NCBI GenBank assembly: GCA_017499595.2
Contig: CM039006.1
Span: forward strand, 2,046,001-2,110,000
DNA from: Psilocybe cubensis
Taxonomy: Eukaryota
Reading direction: 5' to 3'
DNA: 64,000 bases
Shown here: positions 26,011 through 38,500 of the stretch, piece by piece
Position numbering within the stretch: position 1 is the stretch's first letter
Layout: every line of letters starts with the position of its first letter
Position numbers and translations under genes: made by a program
Notes under the pieces: generated by a model
Told to the model about the DNA's origin: nothing
Seen by the model: the letters and a program-made list of their open reading frames with translations, nothing else
Database searches by the model: none

Positions 26011-27690
26011 ATGGCCTTTGCGTATTGGTTTGGCCTGGTATCTGCTCTAATCATTCTTTTGATTTGTTATGTCCGTCGAAACGACAGCATTCTGACAAGC
26101 ATCCCTTCCAGTGTTCTGGCGTTTGGCCCGAAAAGAACGACGGACCAGGATGTTCTCGCGACTGCTGAGCGGTTGGCAAACTCTCCTTCATTAGAAAGCA
26201 GAGAGGTACTACCTCCTAGAACCGGCAGACGGTATATTGTAGTTGGTGGGGTGAGTCTTATGTTAACTTTTCTGCAGCTTCCATGTATTAACGACGTCGC
26301 ACAACACCTGTAATACATCTATATCTTTTCTCAACAGGGTGGCTTCCTGGGTGGTTGGATCGTAACAAAGTTGCTCGATCGTGGGGAGGACATGCATAAC
26401 ATCCGTCTGATTGATATTTTTCCACCGACAAACCATCCAATCTTGCTTGACGCGATCCAGAAAGGCCTCCAGTTTTTGAAGGTCGATGTCACAGACGCAG
26501 AAGCGTTGGAGGCGGCATTCACAGCGCCATGGTTTGAATCAGCCAAAAACAACTCAGCAGACGCCGAGCCAGAGTTGACTGTGTTTCACACTGCCGCTAA
26601 CATTCGATTCTACGAGCGGAAACTGGAGTTTCTGGACAGATCGGCCAGGGTCAATGTGGGTGGGACTGAGAATGTAATTCGGGCATCTCGCACTGCAGGC
26701 GCGTCGGTGCTTGTGTATACGTCGTCTGGCTCGGTCGGCGTATGGAGCACCCGTCTGCTACTATGGCCTTGGGAGAAGGAGCCGGAACATTTTGTGCAAG
26801 TTATCAATGACGACGACAGTCGGCTCCCGAAACGACACGAAGATTTTTTCTCGAATTATGCCGCTACCAAGATGAAAGCTGAGATGCTCGTACGTGCTTC
26901 CGACCGTGCAAACACTGGACCCTCCGGTTCGAAAAAGGTTATCAGGACAGGTTGCATTAGGCCTGGGAATGGGGTTTTTGGACCGAGAGGCGACATGTTA
27001 TGTGGTGCATACCTGAAGCGTCTAACTAATCCTAGTTGGGCGAAGACGATTTTTTCGTCCTTCAGCTATGTCGAAAACTGCGCTGTTGCACATTTATGCT
27101 ACGAGGCTCGGCTTATCGAACTACAGAACGGAGGTCGGAATCCCGACATTGGTGGTCAGGCCTTCTGTATCGCGGATCCTGGACCCATTCCCACATACGG
27201 GGACGCGTATACGACGCTCGAAGTACTATCCGATGGAGAGTGCACGTTTCCTGTGTTGTCGGCTTCTGCGATGTTGGCTGTGGCACACATTATCGAGGCA
27301 TATGTTCGCCTGCAATACGCTTTGGCGTCGTCGGGGTGGATGCTAGGAAAACTTCTTCCTGTTATCACAGGACCGATTGTCAACCTGCAGCCTTCGGTAT
27401 TCTACCTCACGGCGGTGCATCTAATTTTCGACGACTCTCGTGCGCGGTTACCGCCAGAGAAGGGAGGGCTCGGTTATACAGGGACTTGGACGACCATCGA
27501 GGGCTTGCACAAGACTGCTAGAGAGCACAAGGAGACGGCGCTAAGAGAAGGGCCGCGGGGTAGTGGATCAGAAGTCGATATTGGATTGACATTTTTTAGC
27601 AGGAAGAAAGCAAATAAACAAAAAGAGGCAGTAAAATTGAACATCGACGTCCCAAACGTTGTCCCTGTGGAGGTCACCGCCCCTAGTTAG
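26011..27690 (+). CDS. 3-beta-hydroxysteroid dehydrogenase / extended SDR (Erg26-like paralog) with N-terminal TM anchor; 2 exons
   Basis: VVGG-intron-GGFLGGW Rossmann motif, VFHTAA, VNVGGT, VYTSSGS, catalytic YAATK, CIRPGNGVFGP. Confidence 0.88.
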
Positions 27691-27795
27691 TGTTGGAATT
27701 ATCTAAAGACAATCCGTATATCATGTTTGTCTAGCTTTAAACTTTTGCTTTTCTACATTTTATCATTTGGGAAGCACAGCACTGTTTAGTTTGTT

Positions 27796-28493
27796 TACTT
27801 TATAATTTCCGGAACTAACCATATTTTACTTTCAAAAGCCTGCTTTTCGCAATCTGGCCAAACCGAAGTATATGATCTACTCGTCGTTGGAATCAAATAT
27901 ACAGTTATCCGCTGAAGAGTGTTACCCCAAGGCCTCTCTGCAGCTAGATCATCGATTTCTGCCCATGCCAAACCCGCAAGACGTTCTGGATTCGTTCCTA
28001 TATGGATTTAGAAATCGATTTCTCGTTTAAGTCGGGGACGATAGAGATAATAGCCATCAGAAAAGAATTGGGTCTTTGTTTTAGTTCTGGGGAAAGCGTG
28101 GATCAGTCGTTCGCGGAGCTCTGGAGTGTGCATATTCCATAATGAATAAGTTATTTCAAGCGATTCGACGAATGTGAAATGCTTGGCGAGCGTGGGCAGC
28201 GTGAGGTACAACCAATGGCGCTGCGATAGTAAATCGTCGCAAGGATCTTTTTCTTTAGTTGACAGCCTGAGCCCAGTAACCCAAAATGCCAGGCGGCAAT
28301 TGGGGTTGCTAAGCATGGATAGTAGATCCTTGTAGTTGTCATCGTGAATGCTAATCGTAAAAAAAAGAAGTCGTCGGGAAGTAGGCAGCCATGCGCGGGA
28401 CACTAGAGAACAAGCGGCCAACGATGCCATGTCGTCTTCAAGAAACTCGATAATGATCTCAATGACCTCGATTACGGTTGCCGCCTCAAACAT
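27796..28493 (-). CDS. F-box-like protein, apparently internally deleted or truncated (possible pseudogene)
   Basis: IEVIEIIIEFLEDDMASLAACSLVSRAWLPTSRRLLFFTISI is the agaricomycete F-box-like start. The ORF stops at 161 aa (28008). A downstream segment reads LAWAEIDDLAAERPWGNTLQRITVYL, resembling a family C-terminus. Confidence 0.6.
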
Positions 28494-30450
28494 GGTCTAC
28501 ATAAGGCAACTGTTCCGCTATCAAGAAGCGGTGGATGGGGGTCCCGGCACTGCGTTACTTTCCTGTTTGTCACGCCAGGTAGAACTGCACTGCTGTTCAG
28601 ACCCTCTTGTGTGTGACTGTGGTTGGCCGGCTCGGGGGAAGTCGGAGTTTCAAATTTCAACCTCTATCTTGTGAGCGAGCCTCGAGGTGCTTCTCCGAAA
28701 TGTCCTTACCCCACCTCCTCGTTCACTAACAGGTTGACATACAGGCCAAAGCAAATAAATACAATTTTTTATCATGCTGTACAACACCCTCAAGTCACCA
28801 CGTATTACACCTCCCTTGCCATCGGCTACCCTCCAACCTTGAGACAGGCATGCCGCCATGTCCCCGTTTAGATGGAGCATTTTGTGTGTTTGTTTAAGTC
28901 GGTGGTGTACAACGCCGTCTTCCAGCGTATTCCTATGCTGTAAAATTTGGCCCTTATTCTACACAGCTTACAAGTAAGTTAATTAGGTTGTATTATATAC
29001 TGGTCATAATTGGACTACGAGAAATTTTTCACATTATATGACTGTGCTTTACCAGAAAGTGTGAATGTGACTCAGAAATTGGACATAGGATACAAGCAAC
29101 ATGGAAATCCGATCACCCTTCAATTTAAGTTTTTGCTTGTTTCTGCCTCGTGTTCTGATAAACTCGGGGGTTCGTTTCCATTTCTATCTGTCAGGTTCGA
29201 ACGATAATGGTGGCATGTTCTCCCCTCAAGAACGCACGTATGTTGACCACTGTAGACAGACAGTTATAAGTAACAAACTATATGTTCTTTCATAACCATT
29301 AAATTTCTTGTTTGCAAGCTTTTGACATGGAAGCGACAGGAATTGAATAGCGAATTGAAAAAAGCAACTTTTTAGTGATTCAACATGTCAATCAAGGACC
29401 TCGAGAGTCTATGCGTGTATAACAGTGTTTTCACCACTCTTGATTTGGGCCATCTCATGAGAAGTTGAGGAAGATATAGACCATTGTGAAGATGAAAAAT
29501 CGGAAGAGGAATACTCAGAAGCTGCTGCTCTCGTCCCTTAGGCAACGAAACAAAAAGAAAAAAAAACATTGAAACCTTGACATGTTGTTGAACGATGGAA
29601 AAGAGGAAACCTTCGACTCGGACACGGAATATTTAATTTTGAGTCTTGACAAACGGAGGTGAGTGTTGATTACGCCTTAGCAGCATGAGCCAGGACTACT
29701 AATTTTGTCAATTCACTTGTAACCTCTGCAACTGAAAAGCAGACTCGTTATCCAATATGGCAGAAACACAGCCATACTAACAGCCCAGTGGCTTCTTTCA
29801 ATTGGACATTGTAACTTGTTGTATTCATAGATGCAGAATCATTGAAGCGGCTCCGGAGGCGCTTCAACGATTCAGAGGCGATTCTGCGTCTTCCCACGCT
29901 TCTGATGAGCAGAATCACCTCTGCGTCTGAATCGTCTACTCTGACCTCCCATAATGTATATAATACAAACTCAGCTCTACATATTAAACTGATAGAATAA
30001 TTCTGGTACTCTAACTTCAACTTCAATTTTGTTCAGGCTCATGTGCCAGTAGCCAGTAACACTTCGGTAATGGCACTAGATTGTTCATAGCCTCGGCGGT
30101 CGGCAGAACATGTACAGTGTCGGAGATTGTAAAGCTACAAAAGGTGTCACAGAGGTAACGGAGAGTTATGCCATGAGGAAGAGACCCCGATTAACAAAAA
30201 CGGACTCAGATTCGACGATCTGCAAGAAAGTTAGACCATGTTTGAGGCGGCAACCGTACTCGATAGGAATTCGAAGTTCATCTGCATATATTATTGAGAG
30301 AAATGTGGAAATGTACGACTCTGGCACATACCTGTTGGTGGCATTCCGTGGTCGTGGTGGCTATGAAAGAGGAAGTCGCCAGCCGCCGGGTTCAAATATG
30401 AGGATGCCGAGTCACATACCGTCACATCCATTATTTTTGCAGACAACGTC

Positions 30451-32491
30451 CATGACAATGTCTCCCGATGGTTCATTAGAGAATGCCATACCTCCTCAGT
30501 CTTCCAACTGGCACTCAATAAGACCCTGGGCACCGTCGCTTTCCTTGGGAGTTCGAGAGATCACCTCAGTTTCGGCTACATTCATTCTTTCATCGACTTT
30601 GAGTGGTGAACTCGACTCTTCATTGGCCTCTATCGGTCTCGAGGCCGCCGAGGACGACGCGAACAACGTTTACGATGACAATGGAGTTTCAACTCCAACT
30701 TCGAGGAGAAGCAGTTCTGTCATTGCTGATGCACTCGCAAAAGGACTTTCGGTCAATGTTAATGGATCTGCATGGCAAAGGGCTTTCATTCGGATCGACG
30801 ATCAATTGGATGAAGCTGTTATTATCATATACGCCCTAATGCCTGGGCGACAGTATGACATCGAGCTAGCGCTTGCCTCTGCTGGCCAACCGGCAACGAT
30901 ACGCCGGCAGGTTACAACACAAGGTGAGTATCACGAATGCTGCGTTTCCCATCTATCTCATCTATTGTCTTTCAAAGATGATTCAGAGCCAGAGACTGCA
31001 GGGAATACTACAGATCCAGAATCGCCGAATCCCGACAATTCTTCGTCATCTGATCCTCATTCTACACCGTCCACTTCACCCAGCCGCACTGTCCCAGGCA
31101 CACCACCTGCGGCGCCTCAGATCACATTGGAAGATAGGCTTAATCAGCTGCAGCACACCCTGTCAACAGTGAATGCAGAGCAGGAAAGCCTCATTGCATC
31201 GCTCAAATCCGCGCGCAAGGATGCTCAAAAGGCAGACGCGGCCCTACGGTCCGAGATCGAAACTCTAAAAAGGACGTCTGAGAAAAACTCTTCGGCGGAG
31301 CTCAGAGGCAAGCAGAAAGTTCTGGCACTTCAGGAGTCGGTAAAACGGGCCAATAATGCAACAAAGGAAATGGAGCAAGCGGTGGAAGAGATCAAAAGTG
31401 GCTTGCCAGAACTGACTTCGGTCAAGGACCAGAAGGAGGCTGAGTATGCTAAAATCAAGCAGGAGGCAGATCGAATAAAGAAAGAAAGGGAAGATGTTGA
31501 GGAAAAGGAGAGGAAACGGATTGACACCATGAAGGCCGAGTTGGCAGGTTTAACCAACAAGCTGGAAAAATTGGGAGGCAAGAAGGACAAGCTGGAGTCA
31601 ACAATTATTCCCGATCTTGAAGGGAAACTGAGCGAAGTGGCGGGGGAGATTGAGGCCGAAGAACTTGAACTTGCACGCCTGGAGGAAGAAGATAACCAAA
31701 ACATGATCAATCAACGATTTCAGCGAAGTCTTGAGAGCGACCAGCCCATCGACACAGGATCTCCTTCGTATATCCCTATGCAGCGAAACCGATATCACGC
31801 GCCAGGCGAGCAACCCATACCAATCGGAAGACCGGCACCCGCCCCAATACAGCGGCCTCACGTTGAGATTAACCATTCAGTCAACGGCAACCAGTCAACT
31901 TCAAATCTTTTGTGGAGTCCACCTATGAGTCTCCGTCAAGCGCAGTCGCTCGTACATCCTCATACCCCTGGACAAATGCAAACACATAGTCCACGTTCTC
32001 AATCTTATAACGCTATCGCAGGTCACAACCCGTCAACGATAATGCTCAGTCCTCAGCGCAGGGCATCACTAAATTCAAAGTCTGTGCTGGCTTCCGCTCC
32101 GTCTATCTCGACGTTGGCTACTTCTTCAACTAGTTCATTTTCGTCCCTGCCCAGTTCAACTCCTACAACCTCCTCCTCACCAGCATCATCTCCTATAAAC
32201 TCATCACCCACGCGGAGCAGTCCGGGTATGACAGCTGCCACATCCACCCTTTCAAGTCGTGCACCTGCCTTTGAACCTCTGAGACCTATCCTCAACGGCA
32301 ACAACCAACTCCACGGGCAAGGGCATTCAAATTCGAATACGACAACTACTAATAGCTCAGGATTCTCTTCTTCGCACAGTTCGCTGTCGTCGCAGCGACC
32401 CCGTGGGTTTTCGAACAGTAGGCCTGGCGCACCGCCCGCTTCAAGCAAGAATGGCAGTCATTCTTATACTCTTTGGAACGGGGCGCATTGA
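30451..32491 (+). CDS. Conserved hypothetical protein: FN3-like beta region, long coiled coil and Ser-rich tail; start uncertain
   Basis: Long ORF (30110-32491) with GLSVNVNG...IIIYALMPGRQYDIELAL, ~190 aa of heptads and a low-complexity C-terminus. Probable 54-nt in-frame intron at 30924-30977. Confidence 0.75.
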
Positions 32492-32991
32492 TCAGGACAT
32501 ACCACCTATAGTTCAACATCTCACGAAGATACTATGTAGGTCTGTGCGCTTAGAGACATTCCTTGCTTGAGAAAATGTTTTTCGGTTTCTTGATGCATCG
32601 CTTTCGCTTCTTACGATTTTTACGAGTTTCTTTTTTCATTGAATTGTATTTATTTAATCAGATAAGCATATTTACTTACATCCACGTCGCACGATCACAC
32701 TGGGGAGAAATTTCGTCGATACCTGTAATTTTTCATTTCTTTTTTTTTTTTACTTTACTGTATTGATTAGTAGTAAGGGTTACAGTAATCACGGCGATCA
32801 ACTCGAATTGTATATCATCGCGTTGGTTTCTTTGTTATGGTGGAGGATTATTAGAGAAGGTAGACTTCAAATTATGTTGTTCGCCGAGACTACATGATTG
32901 TGCAGACCATGACAGTGTTGCTAGACTCACGTCACACAGTAACCCGACGATGGCGTTAATTCTTTCGTATTAAACCTGTACTACATCCATA

Positions 32992-33294
32992 TCATTCTAT
33001 GGTCAAAAGTCTGTCTTCAGGGACATTAATGAGTGCTGGCAGTGGTTGTTGTAAGTTCCGGTCCCATCGTTGATAATATGTGTCGCGGTACCATAAATCA
33101 ATGTTTACAAGGCTGGGGTAATTTTCATAAAGGTTGGCAATGTTATTTTTTGCGTGGTGTTGGTCGTCTGATTTAAACGGGGCCATTGGCCTAATTATTA
33201 ACTTTCGAAGGCTGGGGAACAGGCCATTCAATACCGTGCCAGCAATGCCCTAAACGACGCCGTATGTTCAAGTGTCAGAAAATAGGCCAATTTT

Positions 33295-33331
<37 letters not shown>

Positions 33332-34135
33332 ACTGACGAGCATGGATCCTCCCTCTATATCATAGATATCAAAAACGTCTATAACCTGGACTCCTTCCAG
33401 ATATGGGGGGGCAATTTGCCATTCAAGCTGATTCAAAGCTTGAGCAAATCGACAAAGAGAACATAACTCCATGGATAATGCACGTAATTTTTGGAGTTCT
33501 TGAAGAGGCGCGAGTACCATTGGCATAGATGCGAGGAGTAGTCTGAATGCATTTTTCTCTTTCCAGTGCAGATTTACTATGGTGCGTCCGGGAAGAATCT
33601 TGAGTATCGCCTTGGTCTCTGCAACCAAGGTTTTCAGAGTTAATCCCCAGGGAAGATTCGGCGGATCACAATGACTGTCCCAGTGAAGCGATGTGATACA
33701 CCGTTGGGTGCACATGAATTCGTGAATATGAGTCAAGTTGTCCCCGATGTCCACGCTGGCATCTGTACTCCAAATAAGCGTGTCCAACTGAAATGGCACG
33801 TCTTTAGGAACCGGATATGGAATGATATTATGCAGTGACAACTCTTTCAGATTAATCATTCGCATTAATGGATTTTCCAAAGTCTGCCAGGTGATTCCGT
33901 CTTCATGTGTAGCTTTTGGGACGTGATAGATTTTAACGAACTGAGCTAGCTGTGAGCTGTGCCGGAGAGTGTTGAGAAACTCGGAGTGAATGCATTCGTC
34001 TGGATCCGTCATTTCTTTGTACAAAAATGGGATTGCTTCCCTGTAAAATGTATGGGAGACCATACACAATGTGCGAAGATCGTGCCGGCTCGGTAGGTTT
34101 CCAACAATAGTGCATATCAGTTCTGGTGGGAACAT
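32992..34135 (-). CDS. F-box-like / LRR-like protein; 2 exons
   Basis: MFPPELICTIVGNLPSRHDLRTLCMVSHTFYREAIPFLY, repeated LxxLxL segments, an intron holding the poly-T tract, last exon LFPSLRKLII...YPSLVNIDLW. Confidence 0.75.
33296..33329. repeat. A34 homopolymer (poly-T inside the intron of the minus-strand F-box-like gene)
   Basis: 34 consecutive A, lying between the minus-strand GTCAGT donor and the TTTAG acceptor. Confidence 0.9.
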
Positions 34136-35362
34136 GGAGACCACGTTAAATAGTTCGACTGCTGTGTATATCAAAGGGAGTCAAAGGGGGGATTCATTAC
34201 AAATTAGAAGTGAGTATGCCCGATAACCGTCAGAGGCATGAAATGAGCATTTACGATGATGCCACATACAATAAGGATGGATACAGGGTTAGATATTGGG
34301 CGTTGAAGGTTGTAATAGAAAGAACAAGAGTAGAAGTCGTCGCGACTTGCGGAAGAATAAACGTCGGAGTTCCGAGCTGAATATGAATGTGTCGCATCCG
34401 GCTGACTTCCTGCCAACGCAGACAATTTCATCGAACTTTTATCGAGCATTCATCAATGGATAGCTTTTTTCATAAATTATCCAGTGAAAGTGCACATAGT
34501 AATGTCATTTTTCTACACTAATATCATTCCCTCTTTGTCAGTGCGTCACTTGTTGATTTGAAACTGGCAGAGGCTACAGAGTATCTCAAACTTTTCGGAC
34601 GCTCAGAGCATCGCCACACAATGAAAGACAACCGGCATGCAGTCAGTATCCATCGAGTTTCAATTAAGACTCATCCATGTGTAAATTCTAGATGTCCAAC
34701 GATAGAGGTACTTGGGTGCGATCACTCCCTCCCTAGTAGCATCCCACTGCTGCCCGTGCTGGAGCAAATATCGGGGAGAAATCAAGATGAAGTCTTCACT
34801 CACCAGCTTAAAGCCGGAAATATGGCTATTGCTACCCGCCCAGTTATTCCCAGGAAATGTTGACCAGTCATTACCAGCCTGAGACCTGAGGTCTGTGACT
34901 TCGCATTTAAGCTTAAAAAAAGTAACAAACAGCTCATTCCACGTCAGTAGATAACGCCTGGAAGAGCGCCCCACCAGCTACCGGCAGGGTCAAACTGTCA
35001 ACCTTCAAATTGCTCCTTCAAATGACATCAAATCATAATATAACTGTTGGTCGAGACTCGCAACCATTGACGTGTCGCCTACTTGAATTTGCCATCAGTA
35101 GACCTATATTACTTAACGAACGTTGGCTTCACAAAGGCAGCAAAATGACCTCTGCACCAACATGCTTAGATTCCCCTTTACTTTCTCTTACCCCAGAGTT
35201 GACTGAAAAAATATGTCTCCAAGTAAGTTCTGTCAGCCCGTCATGGTAAATCAGAAAAACGCTGACTATACAATTATATAGCTTGACCTACAAGCACTGA
35301 AACAGCTTCGTCTAACATGCCATTTCTTCGCTGTTTTGGCTGCTCGCTGGGTGTTACGATCC

Positions 35363-35543
35363 TGTTGTAAGTATAATGCGCAGTGGTGGTAAAAGATGTA
35401 GATTCACGACGTAGCTACACGGTTGTACCTACAGTAACTACGGAACCTATAGTAGAATAATCTAGAAAAAATATGATAAGATAAACTACAAGAGGAAGAT
35501 AACGACTTAGCGACCAAGTCGCTCGCCGACTATCATTCCAACA
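35363..35543 (-). repeat. 3' LTR of the Copia element
   Basis: TGTTG...CAACA, 181 bp, identical by eye to 39816-39996. Confidence 0.97.
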
Positions 35544-35550
35544 CTCCCCC

Positions 35551-38500
35551 TTAGTCGGCCAAAACTCCCAACTGCAACGTGAAACCATCGTGTGCAACGC
35601 GAGGTAAAGCCTTTGTGAAAACGTCTGCCAAATTGTTTGAAGTGTTGATGTAAACCGTGTCGAGCGTCTTCTTCTCCACCAAGTCGCGTAGGAAATGAAA
35701 TGCAATGTCAATGTGCTTCGTACGGGCATGGAATTCTGGATGATGCGCAATCGAAATGGCTGCCGTATTGTCGGTAAAGATGGTTGACGTTGATGGAATG
35801 TGGAAACCGAGCTCCGTGAAGAGTGAGCGGTGCCATAAGACTTGCTTCGCCGCATGCGTTGTGGAAACGTATTCGGCTTCAGCGGTTGAAAGTGCGACCG
35901 TATTCTGTTTCTTCGAGCTCCATGCCACAGCGCCGCCTGCTATCGTAACCACGTATCCGCTAGTTGATTTCCGATCGTAGTTTTCAGCCCAATCGGCGTC
36001 GCAATAAACATTGAGATTTACGTCCAAAACTTGCGAATCGCCGCCGTAAGTAAGTTTGTGATTGCGCGTGCCCTTCAGATAACGAAATATACGTTTGACA
36101 GCGGTCCAATGAGTCGATTTCGGCTTGCTGGTGAATTGCGCGAGTTTGTATACCGCAAACGCGATGTCTGGACGAGTTCCGAGTGCCAGATACATGAGCG
36201 AGCCGATGACCGTTGCATAACTGAATCCTAAACGCGAATTAACCTCCCCCTGACCGTCTCCATCCTCCCGAACACCTTCATCCTTATCCAATCGCACGTT
36301 CGGGTCCATAGGCGTCGAAACGGGGTTCGCGTCTTGTAAACCAAACTTCTCGAGGAGTTTGTCGATGTAGTGTGCTTGCGAGAGCGAAATGTAATGGTCC
36401 TTTTGCTCGAGCTTGAATCCTAGCATCATCGAGGGCTGACCCATCGATTTAACGTCGAATTTCGAGCCTAATTCTCGCTCCAGCTGGTCGTTGAGCGAGT
36501 CGTTTGTTGAGAAACTGATTATGTCGTCCACCCAGGTAACCAAAATCGTAAAATCGCCGTTTTCAGCTCGACGGATGTAGCAGCAGTAATCGCTCTTGAG
36601 TTTCGTAAAACCGAATGAAGTGAGAGCGTTATCGAGTTCATGGTTCCATACGTTTCCTGCCTGCTTGAGACCGTAAAGCGAACGAATGAGACGGCATGCC
36701 TGACCAGTGCCATCGTCATAACCGGGTGGTTGGACCATATATATCTCCTCCGAGATGTAACCATGCAAATATGCACCCTTTATATCGAATTGACGCATCT
36801 TGAGATTGTGTACGGCCGAATATGCGAGTAGCGAGCGTAGCGTGTCGAATCGCATGACTGGTGCGAATGTTCCGTCCTCGCTGTAGTCTGTACCAGGTCT
36901 CTGAGAGCATCCCTGAACGACTAGTCGGGCCTTGTACTTGATGACGTTCCCGTTTTCGTCCCGTTTCTTCGCGTAGACCCAACGGCATCCAACCAGTTTC
37001 CTTCCATCCGGAATCTTCATCATCTCCCAAGTACCCATCCGTAAAAGCGTCTCAATTTCTTCGTCCATAGCTGCCTTCCACGCAGCTGCCTCACAGCTTT
37101 CCAAAGCTTCTTCAAGTGTCCGAGGTACGTCCAATTCGCGCATGGCAAAGACACGTTCCGAATCGTCTAAAATCGCGCCCCACAGCTGTTCTTTGACAAT
37201 GTTTGCTTGCTCCGTTGCTGTAGACTTTGCGCTCGAGGTCTCGGTCGATTTTGTAGCGATTTGTGGTGCGTTTAGAGTCGTTTGGGATCGTGTAGTCGGT
37301 AAACGAGCATTCGGGTTGTTTGCCTTCTTGTAATCAACAAAATTGTGTTCACGAGCTGATCGACGTATGCTGGGCTGTGGAATCGATGCTGTAGACGAAA
37401 TAGGTTCGTTCTTGACGGTTTCTGGCTCGTTTTCGCTGGATTTAACGTCTGTCGATTCGTTACGCTCCCCCTCAGACGATAATCCAGGAATTTCGACGTT
37501 CTGCGGCGTTTCGTTTTCGTTAAACGATACGTTTCGCGATGACTTCACTGTGCGCGATTTGGGATCGTAATAACGCACAGACTTCGAGCCTTCGTTAAAA
37601 CCAACGAATACCATCTTCTTCGACCGTGGCTTGAGCTTCGAAAGCCCCTTCGTCTCGTCTAACACCCATACATCGCATCCGAACTCCCGAAGGTGAGAAA
37701 CATCCGGTTTCTTGTTGTGCCAGCCTTCATATGGTGTCTTGTCGTCGAGTGCTCGAGTAGGCGCGCGGTTGCGTAAATAATTCGCGTAATTGACCGCCTC
37801 GTCCCAGAGAAAGAGAGGTAAATTCTTCGCAATAATCATCGCACGTGCTAGCTCCAACAGCGTACGATTGTAGCGCTCTGCGACGCCGTTCTGAGATGGG
37901 GAATATGGCGCCGTCGTCTCGATTTCAATGCCTCTCTCCGCCGCCCACTTCTTAATCCGCTCGTTCACGAGTTCCTTGCCATTGTCCATGCGAATGTACC
38001 TCGGATACTGCCCAAACCTCCTCTTCACTCGCTCCCCATGATTCTCAATCGCCTTCGCCGCCTCCTTCTTGTCCTTCAAGAAAACCACGCCGTTGTATCG
38101 CTTCGCGTCGTCCATAAACGTAATGTAGTAATAAAATCCATTTACCGAGCGTGTTCCGATAGGACCCCATACGTCGCTCATGGTTCGCTCTCCAGGAACC
38201 GTGGATCGATTTTCTGCTTCTCCAGGGAAAGGTTTATGCGTCTGCTTCGCTTGGATGCACGCCTCGCACGATGGGGATGGAATAGACGTTTCGTCCACGG
38301 AAAGACCGACGACAAGATCGTTCCGGACGAGTTTCTGCAACGACGACACTGAGATATGGCCAAAACGACGATGCCATTGATCCCAGGTGAGTTTTGGCGA
38401 GACGTAGTTGACCTGTTCCCCTGAATTAAGCTGAGCGCGAGCGTGAAGAATATACATCTGACCGCGTTTCGACCCTTTTCCAATAACCTTATCCTTCGCA

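Noticed and set aside
12095..27690. Canonical secondary-metabolite cluster (e.g. psilocybin, terpene, PKS or NRPS)
   Set aside because: No backbone synthase, tryptophan decarboxylase, kinase or PsiM-type methyltransferase, and no transporter seen
30110..30450. N-terminal extension of the 793-aa ORF
   Set aside because: Low-information sequence that is probably 5' UTR; a downstream ATG is more plausible, though unproven
33272..33466. Poly-Lys / poly-Phe peptides
   Set aside because: Translation artefacts of the intronic A34 tract
34558..34974. ORFs of ~100 aa on both strands between the F-box-like genes
   Set aside because: No motif and no consistent splice structure; probably intergenic or a decayed remnant
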